DNA of 64,000 bases from Candidatus Aminicenantales bacterium (lineage in GTDB: Bacteria > Acidobacteriota > Aminicenantia > Aminicenantales > UBA4085): contig JBAVVD010000060.1 of NCBI GenBank assembly GCA_049697115.1, forward strand, positions 3,301 to 67,300, given 5' to 3'. A model generated the notes under the pieces. That model was not told the origin of the DNA and made no database searches. It saw only the letters and a list, made by a program, of their open reading frames with translations. Below are positions 17,093-26,979 of this stretch, piece by piece (positions within the stretch are counted from its first letter, which is position 1; the number at the start of each line of letters is the position of its first letter). The position numbers and the translations under genes were made by a program.

Positions 17093-18421
17093 ATGAGCCT
17101 GGCTAAACTAAAGAAAGACGCCCTGGCCATTTTTCAGGCCGGAGTCGAGGCGGTCAATCCCGTTCACGCCGTAAAAAAGCATCTCCGGCTCGTAAAGAAA
17201 AAGCTGTGGGCCGGAGAGAAAACTTATGACCTTGCTGCCTATAACGCTGCCTATGTCATCGGCGCGGGCAAGGCGGCTGCGGCCATGGCGCAGCCCGTCG
17301 AAGAAATACTGGGCAGTCGTTTGAAAGACGGTGTCATCAATGTGAAGTATGGACATACTCTTCCCTTAAAGACTATCCGGACTTTCGAGGCCGGCCACCC
17401 TGTGCCGGACGAAGCGGGACTGCGCGGCATGCGGGAAATCCTCGAGCTTCTCAATCAGACCGGCGAAAAAGACCTGGTGATCTGTCTGCTCTCAGGTGGA
17501 GGCTCTGCCCTGATGCCCTGTCCCGCCGAAGGGCTGACGCTGGAAGACATACAGCAGGTGACCCGGCAGCTTCTCGACTGCGGAGCCGCCATTCCGGAAA
17601 TCAACGCCATCAGAAAGCATATTTCGCGGGTCACGGGCGGGCGCCTGTCTCAAATGGCTTTCCCTTCCTCACTCATTTCCCTGATCCTCTCCGATGTCAT
17701 CGGCGATGATCTCGAAAATATCGCTTCAGGGCCGACTGTGCCGGACCGCACGACTTTCAGCGACGGCTTGCAGATTCTGGAAAAATACGGAATTTCCCAT
17801 AAAATTCCATCCGCTGCCCTCGCACATATAAAAAAAGGTGTCGCGGGGAAAATAGAGGAGACGCCGAAACCGGGCGATCCTGTCTTTGCCCGCACGCAGA
17901 ATATCATCATAGGAAACAACATCACAGCCATCGAGGCGGCCGGACAAAAAGCGGAACGGCTGGGATATCACACACTGATACTCTCTTCCCTCATCGGTGG
18001 GGAGACCAGAGAAGTGGCCGGAGTCCATGCCGCCGTTGCCCGGGAAATCGCCCGAACCGGCCATCCTGTCCCAAAGCCTGCCTGTGTCATATCCGGAGGG
18101 GAGACAACGATCACTATTCGAGGCCAGGGGCTCGGCGGGCGCAACCAGGAATTTGCCCTGGCCGCGGCCACCGCAATCAACGGCCTGGAAAACGGGCTGA
18201 TCCTGAGTGCGGGAACGGACGGGATAGACGGTCCGACCGATGCGGCGGGCGCCGTGGCCGATGGAACGACAGTCGAACGGGCCGTCCGGTCCGGCATGAA
18301 TCCGGAAAGCTATCTTCGGGATAATGATTCCTATCACTTCTTTAAGCGCTTGGACGATCTGGTCATTACCGGCCCCACCTACACAAACGTCATGGACCTG
18401 AGGTTGATCCTCGTGGCCTGA
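17093..18421 (+). CDS. Glycerate 2-kinase (MOFRL/DUF4147 family, GckA/TtuD-like)
   Basis: 442 aa with a family-typical N-terminus (AIFQAGVEAVNPV...) and C-terminal MOFRL region (SGGETTITIRGQGLGGRNQEFALAAA). Confidence 0.8.
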   Translation: MSLAKLKKDALAIFQAGVEAVNPVHAVKKHLRLVKKKLWAGEKTYDLAAYNAAYVIGAGKAAAAMAQPVEEILGSRLKDGVINVKYGHTLPLKTIRTFEAGHPVPDEAGLRGMREILELLNQTGEKDLVICLLSGGGSALMPCPAEGLTLEDIQQVTRQLLDCGAAIPEINAIRKHISRVTGGRLSQMAFPSSLISLILSDVIGDDLENIASGPTVPDRTTFSDGLQILEKYGISHKIPSAALAHIKKGVAGKIEETPKPGDPVFARTQNIIIGNNITAIEAAGQKAERLGYHTLILSSLIGGETREVAGVHAAVAREIARTGHPVPKPACVISGGETTITIRGQGLGGRNQEFALAAATAINGLENGLILSAGTDGIDGPTDAAGAVADGTTVERAVRSGMNPESYLRDNDSYHFFKRLDDLVITGPTYTNVMDLRLILVA

Positions 18422-18433
18422 GAGGAGGAGGCT

Positions 18434-19849
18434 GTGCTGAGAACAAAAATTGTCTGTACCATCGGGCCGGCCTCTCAGTCCCCAAAGATGCTGGAGCAGC
18501 TTATTCAGGCGGGCATGAATGTGGCCCGATTGAACCTCTCCCACGGGACACTTGCGGAGCATTCCCGTATCATCGCTTCTCTCCGGAAAACTTCCTCCCG
18601 TCTGAACACACCCATCTCCATTCTCCTGGACGTGGCCGGTCCCAAGATCCGGATCGGAAAGATCGAAGACGGAACAATCCGGCTTGAGTCCGGAGACCTG
18701 TTTACTTTGACAGCGAGAAAAGTCCGTGGAACCAAGAAGGAGGTTTCCGTCAGTTATCCCCTTCTCCCCAAAAATGTTCGCCCCGGCGATACTCTTCTCT
18801 TGAGCGACGGCATGCTGGAACTCAAAGTCCTTGAGACCGACGGCCGGGACATCAAGTGCCGGGTGGTCATCGGCGGTCCGCTCAGCTCCAAGAAAGGAAT
18901 CAATCTTCCTTCCCGGTCTTTAACGGCGCCCTGTTTAACAGAAAAGGACAAGAAAGACCTCGCCTTCGGCCTTAACAGGGAGGTCGATTATATTGCCCTT
19001 TCATTTGTCAGAACGGCCGAAGATGTGCTTCAGGCGAAGCGTATAATGAAAAAAGCCGGCTCTTTTATTCCCTTGATTGCCAAGATTGAAAAGCATGAAG
19101 CTCTGGTCCATATCAACGAGATTATCCGGGTCATAGACGGGATAATGATCGCACGGGGAGATCTCGGTGTTGAAACACCTCTTGAGAATGTTCCCTCGGT
19201 CCAGAAGTCACTGATCCATAAGTCAAACCTGGCCGGCAAACCAGTCATTACCGCCACTCAGATGCTTCGTTCCATGGTGGATAATCCCCGGCCGACAAGA
19301 GCCGAAGTGACGGATGTGGCCAACGCCGTGCTGGATGGCACGGACGCTGTCATGCTTTCCGAAGAGACAGCGATCGGAAAATATCCGGTCGAGGCCGTGG
19401 CTACCATGAAAAGAATCGCTGAAGACGCAGAAGCCATTTTCCCCTTTGAAATATGGATGCCGCGCACAGAACAAAAAGGTGTGAAATCTATTCCCGAAGC
19501 CATCAGCTGTGCCGCCTGCAATCTGGCCGGTAACATCCAGGCCTCACTGATCATCACTTTTACCCAATCAGGAAGTACCGCTCGCCTTGTGGCCAAATGC
19601 CGCCCCCGTCATCTCATTCTGGCACCGACCCCCCTGGAAAAAACCTTCCGACAACTGGCTCTTATCTGGGGTGTCATTCCGATCCTGAGCAAAAGCATGA
19701 AAAATACCGATGAAATGGTGAAAAAGGCTCTGGCTGCAGCCTTCAAATCCGGCTATGTCCAACCGGGACAAAAGGTAGTCATCACAGCCGGTTATCCTGT
19801 CGGTGAGCCGGGGACAACCAATTTAATCAAGGCGGCCATCCTAAAATAA
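18434..19849 (+). CDS. pyk: Pyruvate kinase
   Basis: TKIVCTIGPAS...NVARLNLSHG and MIARGDLGVE motifs. GTG start with a strong SD aggaggagg. Confidence 0.92.
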   Translation: MLRTKIVCTIGPASQSPKMLEQLIQAGMNVARLNLSHGTLAEHSRIIASLRKTSSRLNTPISILLDVAGPKIRIGKIEDGTIRLESGDLFTLTARKVRGTKKEVSVSYPLLPKNVRPGDTLLLSDGMLELKVLETDGRDIKCRVVIGGPLSSKKGINLPSRSLTAPCLTEKDKKDLAFGLNREVDYIALSFVRTAEDVLQAKRIMKKAGSFIPLIAKIEKHEALVHINEIIRVIDGIMIARGDLGVETPLENVPSVQKSLIHKSNLAGKPVITATQMLRSMVDNPRPTRAEVTDVANAVLDGTDAVMLSEETAIGKYPVEAVATMKRIAEDAEAIFPFEIWMPRTEQKGVKSIPEAISCAACNLAGNIQASLIITFTQSGSTARLVAKCRPRHLILAPTPLEKTFRQLALIWGVIPILSKSMKNTDEMVKKALAAAFKSGYVQPGQKVVITAGYPVGEPGTTNLIKAAILK

Positions 19850-19867
19850 CGGCCGGAGGTGGTTCGA

Positions 19868-20035
19868 ATGAGCAGCCTTCACTTTCTTTTTCCCACTCTG
19901 ATCGCGATTTTTATTTCCTTTCTTTTTGTCAGGGCTGCAGCTATCGCTTTGATGCTGACAGGAATGGAAAAGAAAAAGGCGAAATTCCAGGCCCTCTCAG
20001 CGTTTTCAGGAACGGGCGCGGCTTTGGAGATGTGA
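19868..20035 (+). CDS. Small hypothetical membrane protein (55 aa)
   Basis: ORF MSSLHFLFPTLIAIFISFLFVRAAAIALMLTGMEKKKAKFQALSAFSGTGAALEM, below the track's 60-aa cutoff. One TM helix. Weak support. Confidence 0.2.
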   Translation: MSSLHFLFPTLIAIFISFLFVRAAAIALMLTGMEKKKAKFQALSAFSGTGAALEM

Positions 20036-20139
20036 ACGGTGAGGAGCGGCAAATTGAAAAGAATCCCTCCGGGGATTATAATAACGGCGAACCCAAAAAC
20101 AGATCCGGAGGAAAAACGTCCGCAGGAGCGCAGGAATTC

Positions 20140-21207
20140 ATGTCCGTGAATAAAAAAACCTTCGTCCTCCCTGAAAAACTCTCTCTTGAGAATTTAGCTC
20201 CTCTGTTGAAACTCCTCCGGCAAGAAAAAAAAGGCTCTCGGATCGCCATGGATTTTAAAAACGTCAAGGAATTCGATTCCTCGGGTGTCGCTTTTCTAAA
20301 CTACATCCAAATCCAGCATGAAGATGTCGTCTTTCAGAACATTCCGGATGATCTGGAAAAAGCTCTGGCCCGGTTCAGCTCGGACCGCACCGCGGACATC
20401 CAGGTGCCTGCCCGCCCGCTCTCTCCGGGAAAACTGGAGGTCCTTGCCGACAAGTTCTTAAAGACGTCCGAAGAAATGAAAAAATTTTTCTCTCTTTTAG
20501 CGGATGAAATTTTCCATACCTTCCAGTACATTGGAAAACGCAGAGGAACCTACCCTGGAGACATTCTCCATCAGTTTTTTTTCATGGGCTACAGGTCGTA
20601 TCCCATTGTCTGTATGATTTCCTTCCTGGTGGGAATTACCATTTCATTGACTTCGGCCGCCCAGCTCAAGCTCTTTGGGGCGAATATCTACCTGGCTGAC
20701 TTCATCGGCATCGGCATGGTGAAAGAGCTTGTTCCCCTTATGACCGGCATCATCCTGGCGGGGAAGATCGGGGCTTCCATCGCCGCTGAAATCTCAACAA
20801 TGAAAGTGATGGAAGAAGTTGATGCGTTGAAGACCATGGGGATCATTCCCGAGAAATTTCTCATGGTCCCCCGGTTGATCGCCATTTCACTGGCCGTTCC
20901 GCTGCTTGTGGTTCTGGCCGATATTGTCGGCATATTCGGGGGAATCCTTGTCGCCAAATTCTCATTGGGAATTCCCCCGGCGAGTTTTATCCAGGAAGCG
21001 CTCAGCGTCATCTCCCTGGGGGATTTCTTCATCGGGATAGGAAAGACCATGGTCTTCGGGTGGGCCGTGGTCATCAGCAGCGGCTTCAAAGGATTTTTTG
21101 TTCAGAGGGGCGCGGAAGATGTGGGAGTGGCCACGACGGAGTCTGTCGTCCTTTCCATATCCCTGATCATCATCCTGGATTGCCTCTTTGCTTTTGTCAT
21201 TTATTAA
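20140..21207 (+). CDS. mlaE: MlaE-family ABC lipid transporter permease with N-terminal STAS (MlaB-like) domain fusion
   Basis: N-terminal ~100 aa are STAS-like (IAMDFKNVKEFDSSGVAFLNYIQ), followed by an MlaE permease core (LVPLMTGIILAGKIGASIAAEISTMKV). Confidence 0.7.
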   Translation: MSVNKKTFVLPEKLSLENLAPLLKLLRQEKKGSRIAMDFKNVKEFDSSGVAFLNYIQIQHEDVVFQNIPDDLEKALARFSSDRTADIQVPARPLSPGKLEVLADKFLKTSEEMKKFFSLLADEIFHTFQYIGKRRGTYPGDILHQFFFMGYRSYPIVCMISFLVGITISLTSAAQLKLFGANIYLADFIGIGMVKELVPLMTGIILAGKIGASIAAEISTMKVMEEVDALKTMGIIPEKFLMVPRLIAISLAVPLLVVLADIVGIFGGILVAKFSLGIPPASFIQEALSVISLGDFFIGIGKTMVFGWAVVISSGFKGFFVQRGAEDVGVATTESVVLSISLIIILDCLFAFVIY

Positions 21208-21220
21208 GGCGATTAAAGCG

Positions 21221-21982
21221 ATGGAAGTGATTGCAGCCAAAAATCTTGTCGTCGGCTACGGCGATTCCGTGATCCTTGAAGATCTGAATTTTTTCATTGC
21301 CAAAGGCAAAATCACCGTTATTGTCGGTGAAAGCGGTTCCGGAAAGACAACGCTCTTCAGAACTCTGATCGGACTGCTTCCTCCGTTGTCAGGTGAAATG
21401 TATCTCTCCGGCGTAAAGGTGGATTTTCATTCTGAAAAAAGCCTGCAATCTCTCTACAGGGAAATCGGCGTCCTCTATCAGGGCGGCGCTTTGATCAATT
21501 CACTGAGCCTCTACGAAAATGTGGCCCTGCCCATAAGGATTCACTTTCCGGGACTTCCGAAAGAGATTGAAGCCTCGATTGTCCTTTCCAAGCTGTCCCA
21601 GGTCGGTCTCAGAGAATGCAGCGAAAAATATCCTTCTGAACTTTCCGGAGGCATGAGAAAAAGAGCGGCCCTGGCCCGGGCGATGGTCCTGGACCCTCAG
21701 ATCATCATCTGCGACGAACCGTCCTCAGGCCTCGACCCGATCACCTCATCCAGCCTGGATGACCTGCTGCTGGATCTGAAGTCCCGATGGGGCATGACCC
21801 TCGTTGTGATAACCCATGAATTGCGATCCATTGAAAAAATCGCCGATCGGGTGATTATTTTAAATAATGGAAGAATCCTGTTCAACGGGGAGCAAAGCCT
21901 CCTCGACTCCACGGAAGATCCTTATATCCAGACGTTCTTCCTGAAGAGAGGGAATCATGGTGACCAAAGAGCAAAAAATTAG
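21221..21982 (+). CDS. mlaF: ABC transporter ATP-binding protein MlaF
   Basis: Walker A GESGSGKTT, signature LSGGMRKRAALARA and Walker B IIICDEP. Confidence 0.85.
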   Translation: MEVIAAKNLVVGYGDSVILEDLNFFIAKGKITVIVGESGSGKTTLFRTLIGLLPPLSGEMYLSGVKVDFHSEKSLQSLYREIGVLYQGGALINSLSLYENVALPIRIHFPGLPKEIEASIVLSKLSQVGLRECSEKYPSELSGGMRKRAALARAMVLDPQIIICDEPSSGLDPITSSSLDDLLLDLKSRWGMTLVVITHELRSIEKIADRVIILNNGRILFNGEQSLLDSTEDPYIQTFFLKRGNHGDQRAKN

Positions 21983-22904
21983 ATTGGGAATTTTTCTGGC
22001 AGTCTCTTTGGTGTTGATGATCATTCTTCTCGGTCTCTTTCTCCTTCCCACGCTGAAGGAAGAAGGCGAAACGTATTTCATCAATTTCAAGGGGATCTCT
22101 GTCAATGGACTGTATAATGGGTCCCCTGTCAAATATCAGGGAGTGGAAATCGGCAGTGTCAGTCAGATTACAGTCAATCCCAAGGACCTGAACTCCATCC
22201 TCGTTTATATCAAGGTGAAGAGGCTGTTTCCCGTGAAAAAGGACATGACAGCCACTCTGATCTACACGGGAATCACCGGTCAGAAATTTGTGGAGCTGTC
22301 CGGCGGGAAAAACGACTCAGAGAATCTTTCGCCGCAAGGGGAGATCCGCACAGGTAGAGGCCTGGGCGAAAAGGCCGAAGACATTGTCTCCAACATCGAC
22401 TCCGCCGTCCAGAGCATCAACAGACTTCTTGACCCCAAAAATCAACAAAGAATCTCTCTCTTCCTTGAAAATGCCGAAAAAACATCGGAAGTCATTTCCA
22501 GCGTCCTCGGGAAAAAAAGGGAAAACCTGGAAAATTCTATCACCTATATCGAAAAGGCCTCGCTGGAATTCGGCGAGGTCACGGAGAAGCTCCGCCAGGT
22601 GATGGAAAATCTCCGGCAATTGACCGGAAAGCTGGAAGCCGGCTCTGGAGAGGCTCTGAACAGCCTGACGAAAAGATTTTCGGACGAGGAAATGGGTGAA
22701 GTCATCAAAAATCTCGATGCCTTTATCGAAATCGCCTCGTCCAGCTTGAAAAAGATGGAAAATGTTCTCCTCCTCCAGCAGGAGCAGTTGAAAAACACAT
22801 TGGAAAATCTGGCTGTCGCCATCGACAATCTATCGAAATTTTCCAGAGAGCTGATGGAGGACCCCACCCTTTTTATCAGGAGCCGAAAGGAAAAAAAGAA
22901 ATGA
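21957..22904 (+). CDS. mlaD: MCE-family substrate-binding protein MlaD
   Basis: N-terminal TM helix plus an MCE domain (VNGLYNGSPVKYQGVEIGSV), followed by a coiled-coil tail. Confidence 0.75.
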   Translation: MVTKEQKIRLGIFLAVSLVLMIILLGLFLLPTLKEEGETYFINFKGISVNGLYNGSPVKYQGVEIGSVSQITVNPKDLNSILVYIKVKRLFPVKKDMTATLIYTGITGQKFVELSGGKNDSENLSPQGEIRTGRGLGEKAEDIVSNIDSAVQSINRLLDPKNQQRISLFLENAEKTSEVISSVLGKKRENLENSITYIEKASLEFGEVTEKLRQVMENLRQLTGKLEAGSGEALNSLTKRFSDEEMGEVIKNLDAFIEIASSSLKKMENVLLLQQEQLKNTLENLAVAIDNLSKFSRELMEDPTLFIRSRKEKKK

Positions 22905-23479
22905 AAAAACTGGCAATTGTATTTTGGATACTCCTTTTCCTGGGGGGGTGCATCACCTCCGTTTCCAGAAAATATTATCAACTCCACATCCCCGGAAACA
23001 CAAACCTGGCCCTCCCGACGATCGATAAAATCCTCTTTATCGAACCTGTCGCGGTGGACAATTTCTATGATGATTTCCGGATCATCTACAGGATATCGCC
23101 CTTTGAGCTCAATTATTACTCCTATAACTTCTGGGCTGAAAAACCGGCCAGGCTCATCAGAAATTCCATTTATGATTTCTTTTCCAGGAATAAAATATTC
23201 AAAAAAGTGACCCTCGTACTATCCGAAGAAAATCCGGACCTTGTTTTTAAATCCAAGATTTTTATTATCGAAGAAGTGGATGCCCGGGAGTCCTGGTTTG
23301 CCCGGCTCTCCATGGAGATTGAACTCAAGGATTACTCCTCCGGCCGGATTCTGGTCACGCACAGATTCGACCGGAAAGAAAAACTTCCGGCCAAGGAGGT
23401 TTCTGAAGTGCCTGTCATCCTCTCCCGAATTCTGCGAGAAGAACTGGATACAGTCATTCAACGCTTATCCGGATTGTAG
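22901..23479 (+). CDS. ABC-transport auxiliary lipoprotein (PqiC/YmbA, DUF330-like)
   Basis: Lipoprotein signal (LLFLGGC) and a ~190-aa body located immediately after mlaD, as in Pqi/Mla operons. Confidence 0.55.
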   Translation: MKKLAIVFWILLFLGGCITSVSRKYYQLHIPGNTNLALPTIDKILFIEPVAVDNFYDDFRIIYRISPFELNYYSYNFWAEKPARLIRNSIYDFFSRNKIFKKVTLVLSEENPDLVFKSKIFIIEEVDARESWFARLSMEIELKDYSSGRILVTHRFDRKEKLPAKEVSEVPVILSRILREELDTVIQRLSGL

Positions 23480-23732
23480 AATCCCCCCGGCCAGACCTCG
23501 TCTTCATGTTCTATCGAATCTAGGAAAATGCGGAAGCACCGCCGTTTCGGTGATGACTCAGATTTGGAATAGGGTCCTGTCACGGCTCCTCCCCCTCCGT
23601 CGTGCCACCTTCCCTTGACGATCGCCTGCATCACAGAAATGGAGATGCTACCGGAAAATGCCGTTCATTTGAAGAAAAAAAGTTTATGTGCTACGCTATT
23701 CACGCATCTAAAAATAAATAAAAATTAATCGC

Positions 23733-24896
23733 ATGCGGCTCATACTTTTTACAGGGAAAGGCGGCGTTGGGAAAACAACGCTCTCTGCGGCCACCGCCCT
23801 ACTCTCCGCCAAAAAAGGCCACAAGACTCTCGTTATTTCCACCGATGCCGCCCACAGCCTGTCCGACTCTCTCGAAGTTCCACTCTCCAACACTCCGAAA
23901 AAGATTGCCGCCAATCTCTACGGCCGGGAGGTGAACGCACTCGAGGAAGTCGAGAAGAAATGGGGAGAAATCAAGGCCTATCTGTCTGAATTTTTCGCCT
24001 CCCAGGGAATCGATTCCGTTGAAGCGGAAGAGCTTTCTGTCTTCCCCGGCATGGAGGAACTTTTCAGCCTGATGGAGATCCGCAACTATAAAAAAACCGG
24101 TGAATATGATGTCATTATTGTAGACTGTGCTCCCACCGGAGACACTCTCCGGCTGCTCAGCGCTCCGGAGATAACCGGCTGGTACCTGAAGCATATTTTC
24201 CCCATTCACAGGACCGCCGCCAGGGCCGTCCGGCCGGTGGCCAGTCGCATTCTTCCCTTCCCTTTTCCGCAGGACAGCCTCTTTGAAACCATGAAAAAGA
24301 TCACCTTGCAGCTGGCAGAAATGAAGGAAATCCTCGAGGATTCTCAAAAAACTTCCATCCGCATGATCATTAATCCGGAGAAGATGGTCATCAAAGAAAC
24401 CCAACGCGCCTACACTTTTTTCAACCTTTTCGGCTTTTCCGTCGACCTCATCATCGTCAACCGATTACTGCCCCGGGAAATCCAAGATCCTTATTTTCAT
24501 CAATGGAAAGCCATTCAGGAAAACTATCGTCATTTGATTGAGGAGTGCTTTTCCCCGCTGCCCATTTTTTCACTGAATCTCTTTCATCAGGAGATTGTCG
24601 GTATTCCCCTGCTTGAAAAAATCGGAAAGGAGATCTATGGAGAAAAAGATCCCACCCAGCTCTTTTTCTCACAAAATCCAATGCATATCAAAAAGGAAGA
24701 CCGCCGCTACATCCTTTCGCTGAAGCTGCCCTTTGTCGACAAGGAAAACCTTGACCTCGCCCAGAAGGGAGAAGAATTGCTGGTTCAGGTCGGACATTTT
24801 AAAAGGAACATTCTCTTGCCCCGGATTTTGCTCAATTGTTCAATTCAAGGAGCAAAATTCGAAGGGGAAAGACTGAACATAACCTTCGCACAATAA
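23733..24896 (+). CDS. ArsA/GET3-family ATPase with C-terminal HSP20-like domain
   Basis: P-loop FTGKGGVGKTT, switch regions (DCAPTGDTLRLL), and a C-terminal ~70 aa resembling the ArsA_HSP20 / alpha-crystallin fold. Confidence 0.7.
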   Translation: MRLILFTGKGGVGKTTLSAATALLSAKKGHKTLVISTDAAHSLSDSLEVPLSNTPKKIAANLYGREVNALEEVEKKWGEIKAYLSEFFASQGIDSVEAEELSVFPGMEELFSLMEIRNYKKTGEYDVIIVDCAPTGDTLRLLSAPEITGWYLKHIFPIHRTAARAVRPVASRILPFPFPQDSLFETMKKITLQLAEMKEILEDSQKTSIRMIINPEKMVIKETQRAYTFFNLFGFSVDLIIVNRLLPREIQDPYFHQWKAIQENYRHLIEECFSPLPIFSLNLFHQEIVGIPLLEKIGKEIYGEKDPTQLFFSQNPMHIKKEDRRYILSLKLPFVDKENLDLAQKGEELLVQVGHFKRNILLPRILLNCSIQGAKFEGERLNITFAQ

Positions 24897-25127
24897 GTGC
24901 GGAAAGGAAGGGAGACCGTGGCTGAAGAAAAAACCAAGGAAATCAGAATCACCATCCCTGAGGAACTCTTCTCGTTTTGCCTTGCCAGCCCCGCCTATGA
25001 ACACCTGCTCAGGGCCAAGAAAGAAGCACTTCTTGCCCTCCGAGCCCTCATTGACAGCCGGATTGTCGCTTTGGAGAAAAAAGAAGTTAAAAAGACAGAA
25101 ACGAAGAAAAAAATCAAGATCGACTGA
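24897..25127 (+). CDS. Small hypothetical protein (76 aa, GTG start) following the ArsA-like ATPase
   Basis: ORF starts one nt after the arsA-like stop. Basic and coiled-coil-like. No recognisable family. Confidence 0.3.
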   Translation: MRKGRETVAEEKTKEIRITIPEELFSFCLASPAYEHLLRAKKEALLALRALIDSRIVALEKKEVKKTETKKKIKID

Positions 25128-25200
25128 CAGACTTGATTTCAGATAAGATTTAGATTAATTTTTCTAGATTGAGTTGAAAGAGATTCAATGCCATCTAAAG

Positions 25201-25845
25201 ATGAATAGTTCAAAGGGAGAAACATTCCGCTTTATACCTAAAAACTGGATAATCCTGGCCCAAGGTATTACCGATAAAGGGGCGGACCTCTTTATCCGGC
25301 TCAAATTCACCCCCAACTCCTTAAGCACTCTGGGTATGGCCGCCGGAATAGGAGCCGGTCTGTTTTTTTATATCAGGCGGCCTCTCTGGGCGGGAATTCT
25401 CATCCTGATCTGCGGACTTTTTGACGGCCTAGACGGTAAAGTGGCCCTGAAGACAGAAAGAAAAAGCGCCTACGGGGCCATTCTGGATTCAAGCCTTGAC
25501 AGGTACTCAGAATTTTTTATCTTCATGGGCCTGGCCCTGTATTTTCGACCTCAGTGGATCATGTGGCTGTCCATCCTCGCCTTCTTTGGTTCGTTAATGG
25601 TCAGCTACACCCGGGCCCGCGCCGAAGGATTGGGATTTGAATGCCAAATTGGGATCATGCAGCGCGCTGAACGACTGGTTCTCTTAATTCTGGGTTCCCT
25701 TGTGGGTTCGGTGTTCAATATTTTTCCAATATCCATGGGCATTGTCCTTTCGCTCATTGTCCTCTTCTCCAACATGACTGCCTTCCAGCGCATTCTCTGC
25801 GTGAAAAAAGCAGAAAAACAGGAACATTCCAAAAAGGAGGGTTAG
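25201..25845 (+). CDS. CDP-alcohol phosphatidyltransferase (phosphatidylinositol-phosphate / archaetidylinositol-phosphate synthase-like)
   Basis: CDP-OH_P_transf motif region GLFDGLDGKVALKTERKSAYGAILDSSLDRYSE with multiple TM helices. Immediately upstream of inositol-3-phosphate synthase. Confidence 0.7.
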   Translation: MNSSKGETFRFIPKNWIILAQGITDKGADLFIRLKFTPNSLSTLGMAAGIGAGLFFYIRRPLWAGILILICGLFDGLDGKVALKTERKSAYGAILDSSLDRYSEFFIFMGLALYFRPQWIMWLSILAFFGSLMVSYTRARAEGLGFECQIGIMQRAERLVLLILGSLVGSVFNIFPISMGIVLSLIVLFSNMTAFQRILCVKKAEKQEHSKKEG

Positions 25846-25848
25846 GCT

Positions 25849-26979
25849 GTGGACAGAATCAGAGTTGCGATTATCGGTGTTGGCAATTGCGCATCCTCTC
25901 TCATCCAGGGGATCGAATTCTACAAGAATGCCAGGGAGTCTGACTTTATCCCGGGCGTGATGCATGTCAGTCTGGGCGGCTGTCACATTCGCGACATCGA
26001 ATTTACGGCGGCCTTTGATATCGACAAAAATAAAGTCGGTAAGGACCTCAGCGAAGCAATTTTCACTCCTCCCAACAACACGACCAAATTCGCCGCCGTG
26101 CCCTTTCTCAATGTCAAAGTCTACCGCGGTATGACGCATGACGGCCTGGGAAAATACCTCAGCCAGGTGATCCAGAAAGCGCCCGGCTCAACGGCAGATA
26201 TCATTTCCATTCTGAAAGAAACCAGAACGGATGTGGTCATCAATTATCTGCCTGTGGGCAGTGAGGAAGCCACCAAGTGGTATGTGGAACAGGTTCTGAC
26301 AGCCGGCTGTGCCTTCATCAACTGCATTCCTGTCTTTATTGCCAGCGAAAGATACTGGCAGAGGCGGTTTGAAAGAAAGAACCTCCCCCTCATCGGCGAT
26401 GACATTAAATCTCAGGTCGGCGCGACCATTCTCCACCGGACCCTCGTCAACCTCTATCTGGACCGGGGGATGCCGATTGACAGAACTTACCAGCTCAACA
26501 CCGGAGGCAACACAGATTTTCTCAACATGCTGGAAAGGGAACGTCTCCATTCCAAAAAAATATCCAAGACCAACGCCGTAACCTCTCAGATTAAAGCCCG
26601 AGGTTTGGGAATCGCTCCGGAGAACATTCATATCGGACCGAGCGATTATGTCCCCTGGCAAAAAGACAATAAAATCTGCTTCCTCCGCATTGAAAGCCGC
26701 CATTTCGGCAATGTCCCGACGACTCTGGAATGCCGGCTCTCAGTGGAGGACTCTCCGAATTCCGCGGGAGTCGTCATCGACGCTGTCCGCTGCATCAAGC
26801 TGGCTCTCAACCACCATCAGGCCGGAGTGCTGGTCGGCCCTTCCGCCTATTTTATGAAGACCCCTCCCCATCAGTTTACAGATACGGAAGCTCGAATTCT
26901 CACGGAAAAATTCATACAAAAATATGGGAAGAAACAGATGCCGCGCAAAGCGAAAAGAAAGGACCCAAGAAATAAATGA
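25849..26979 (+). CDS. myo-Inositol-3-phosphate synthase (MIPS)
   Basis: [18 protein letters not shown]-terminal Rossmann region and the conserved MIPS core. GTG start. Confidence 0.8.
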   Translation: MDRIRVAIIGVGNCASSLIQGIEFYKNARESDFIPGVMHVSLGGCHIRDIEFTAAFDIDKNKVGKDLSEAIFTPPNNTTKFAAVPFLNVKVYRGMTHDGLGKYLSQVIQKAPGSTADIISILKETRTDVVINYLPVGSEEATKWYVEQVLTAGCAFINCIPVFIASERYWQRRFERKNLPLIGDDIKSQVGATILHRTLVNLYLDRGMPIDRTYQLNTGGNTDFLNMLERERLHSKKISKTNAVTSQIKARGLGIAPENIHIGPSDYVPWQKDNKICFLRIESRHFGNVPTTLECRLSVEDSPNSAGVVIDAVRCIKLALNHHQAGVLVGPSAYFMKTPPHQFTDTEARILTEKFIQKYGKKQMPRKAKRKDPRNK

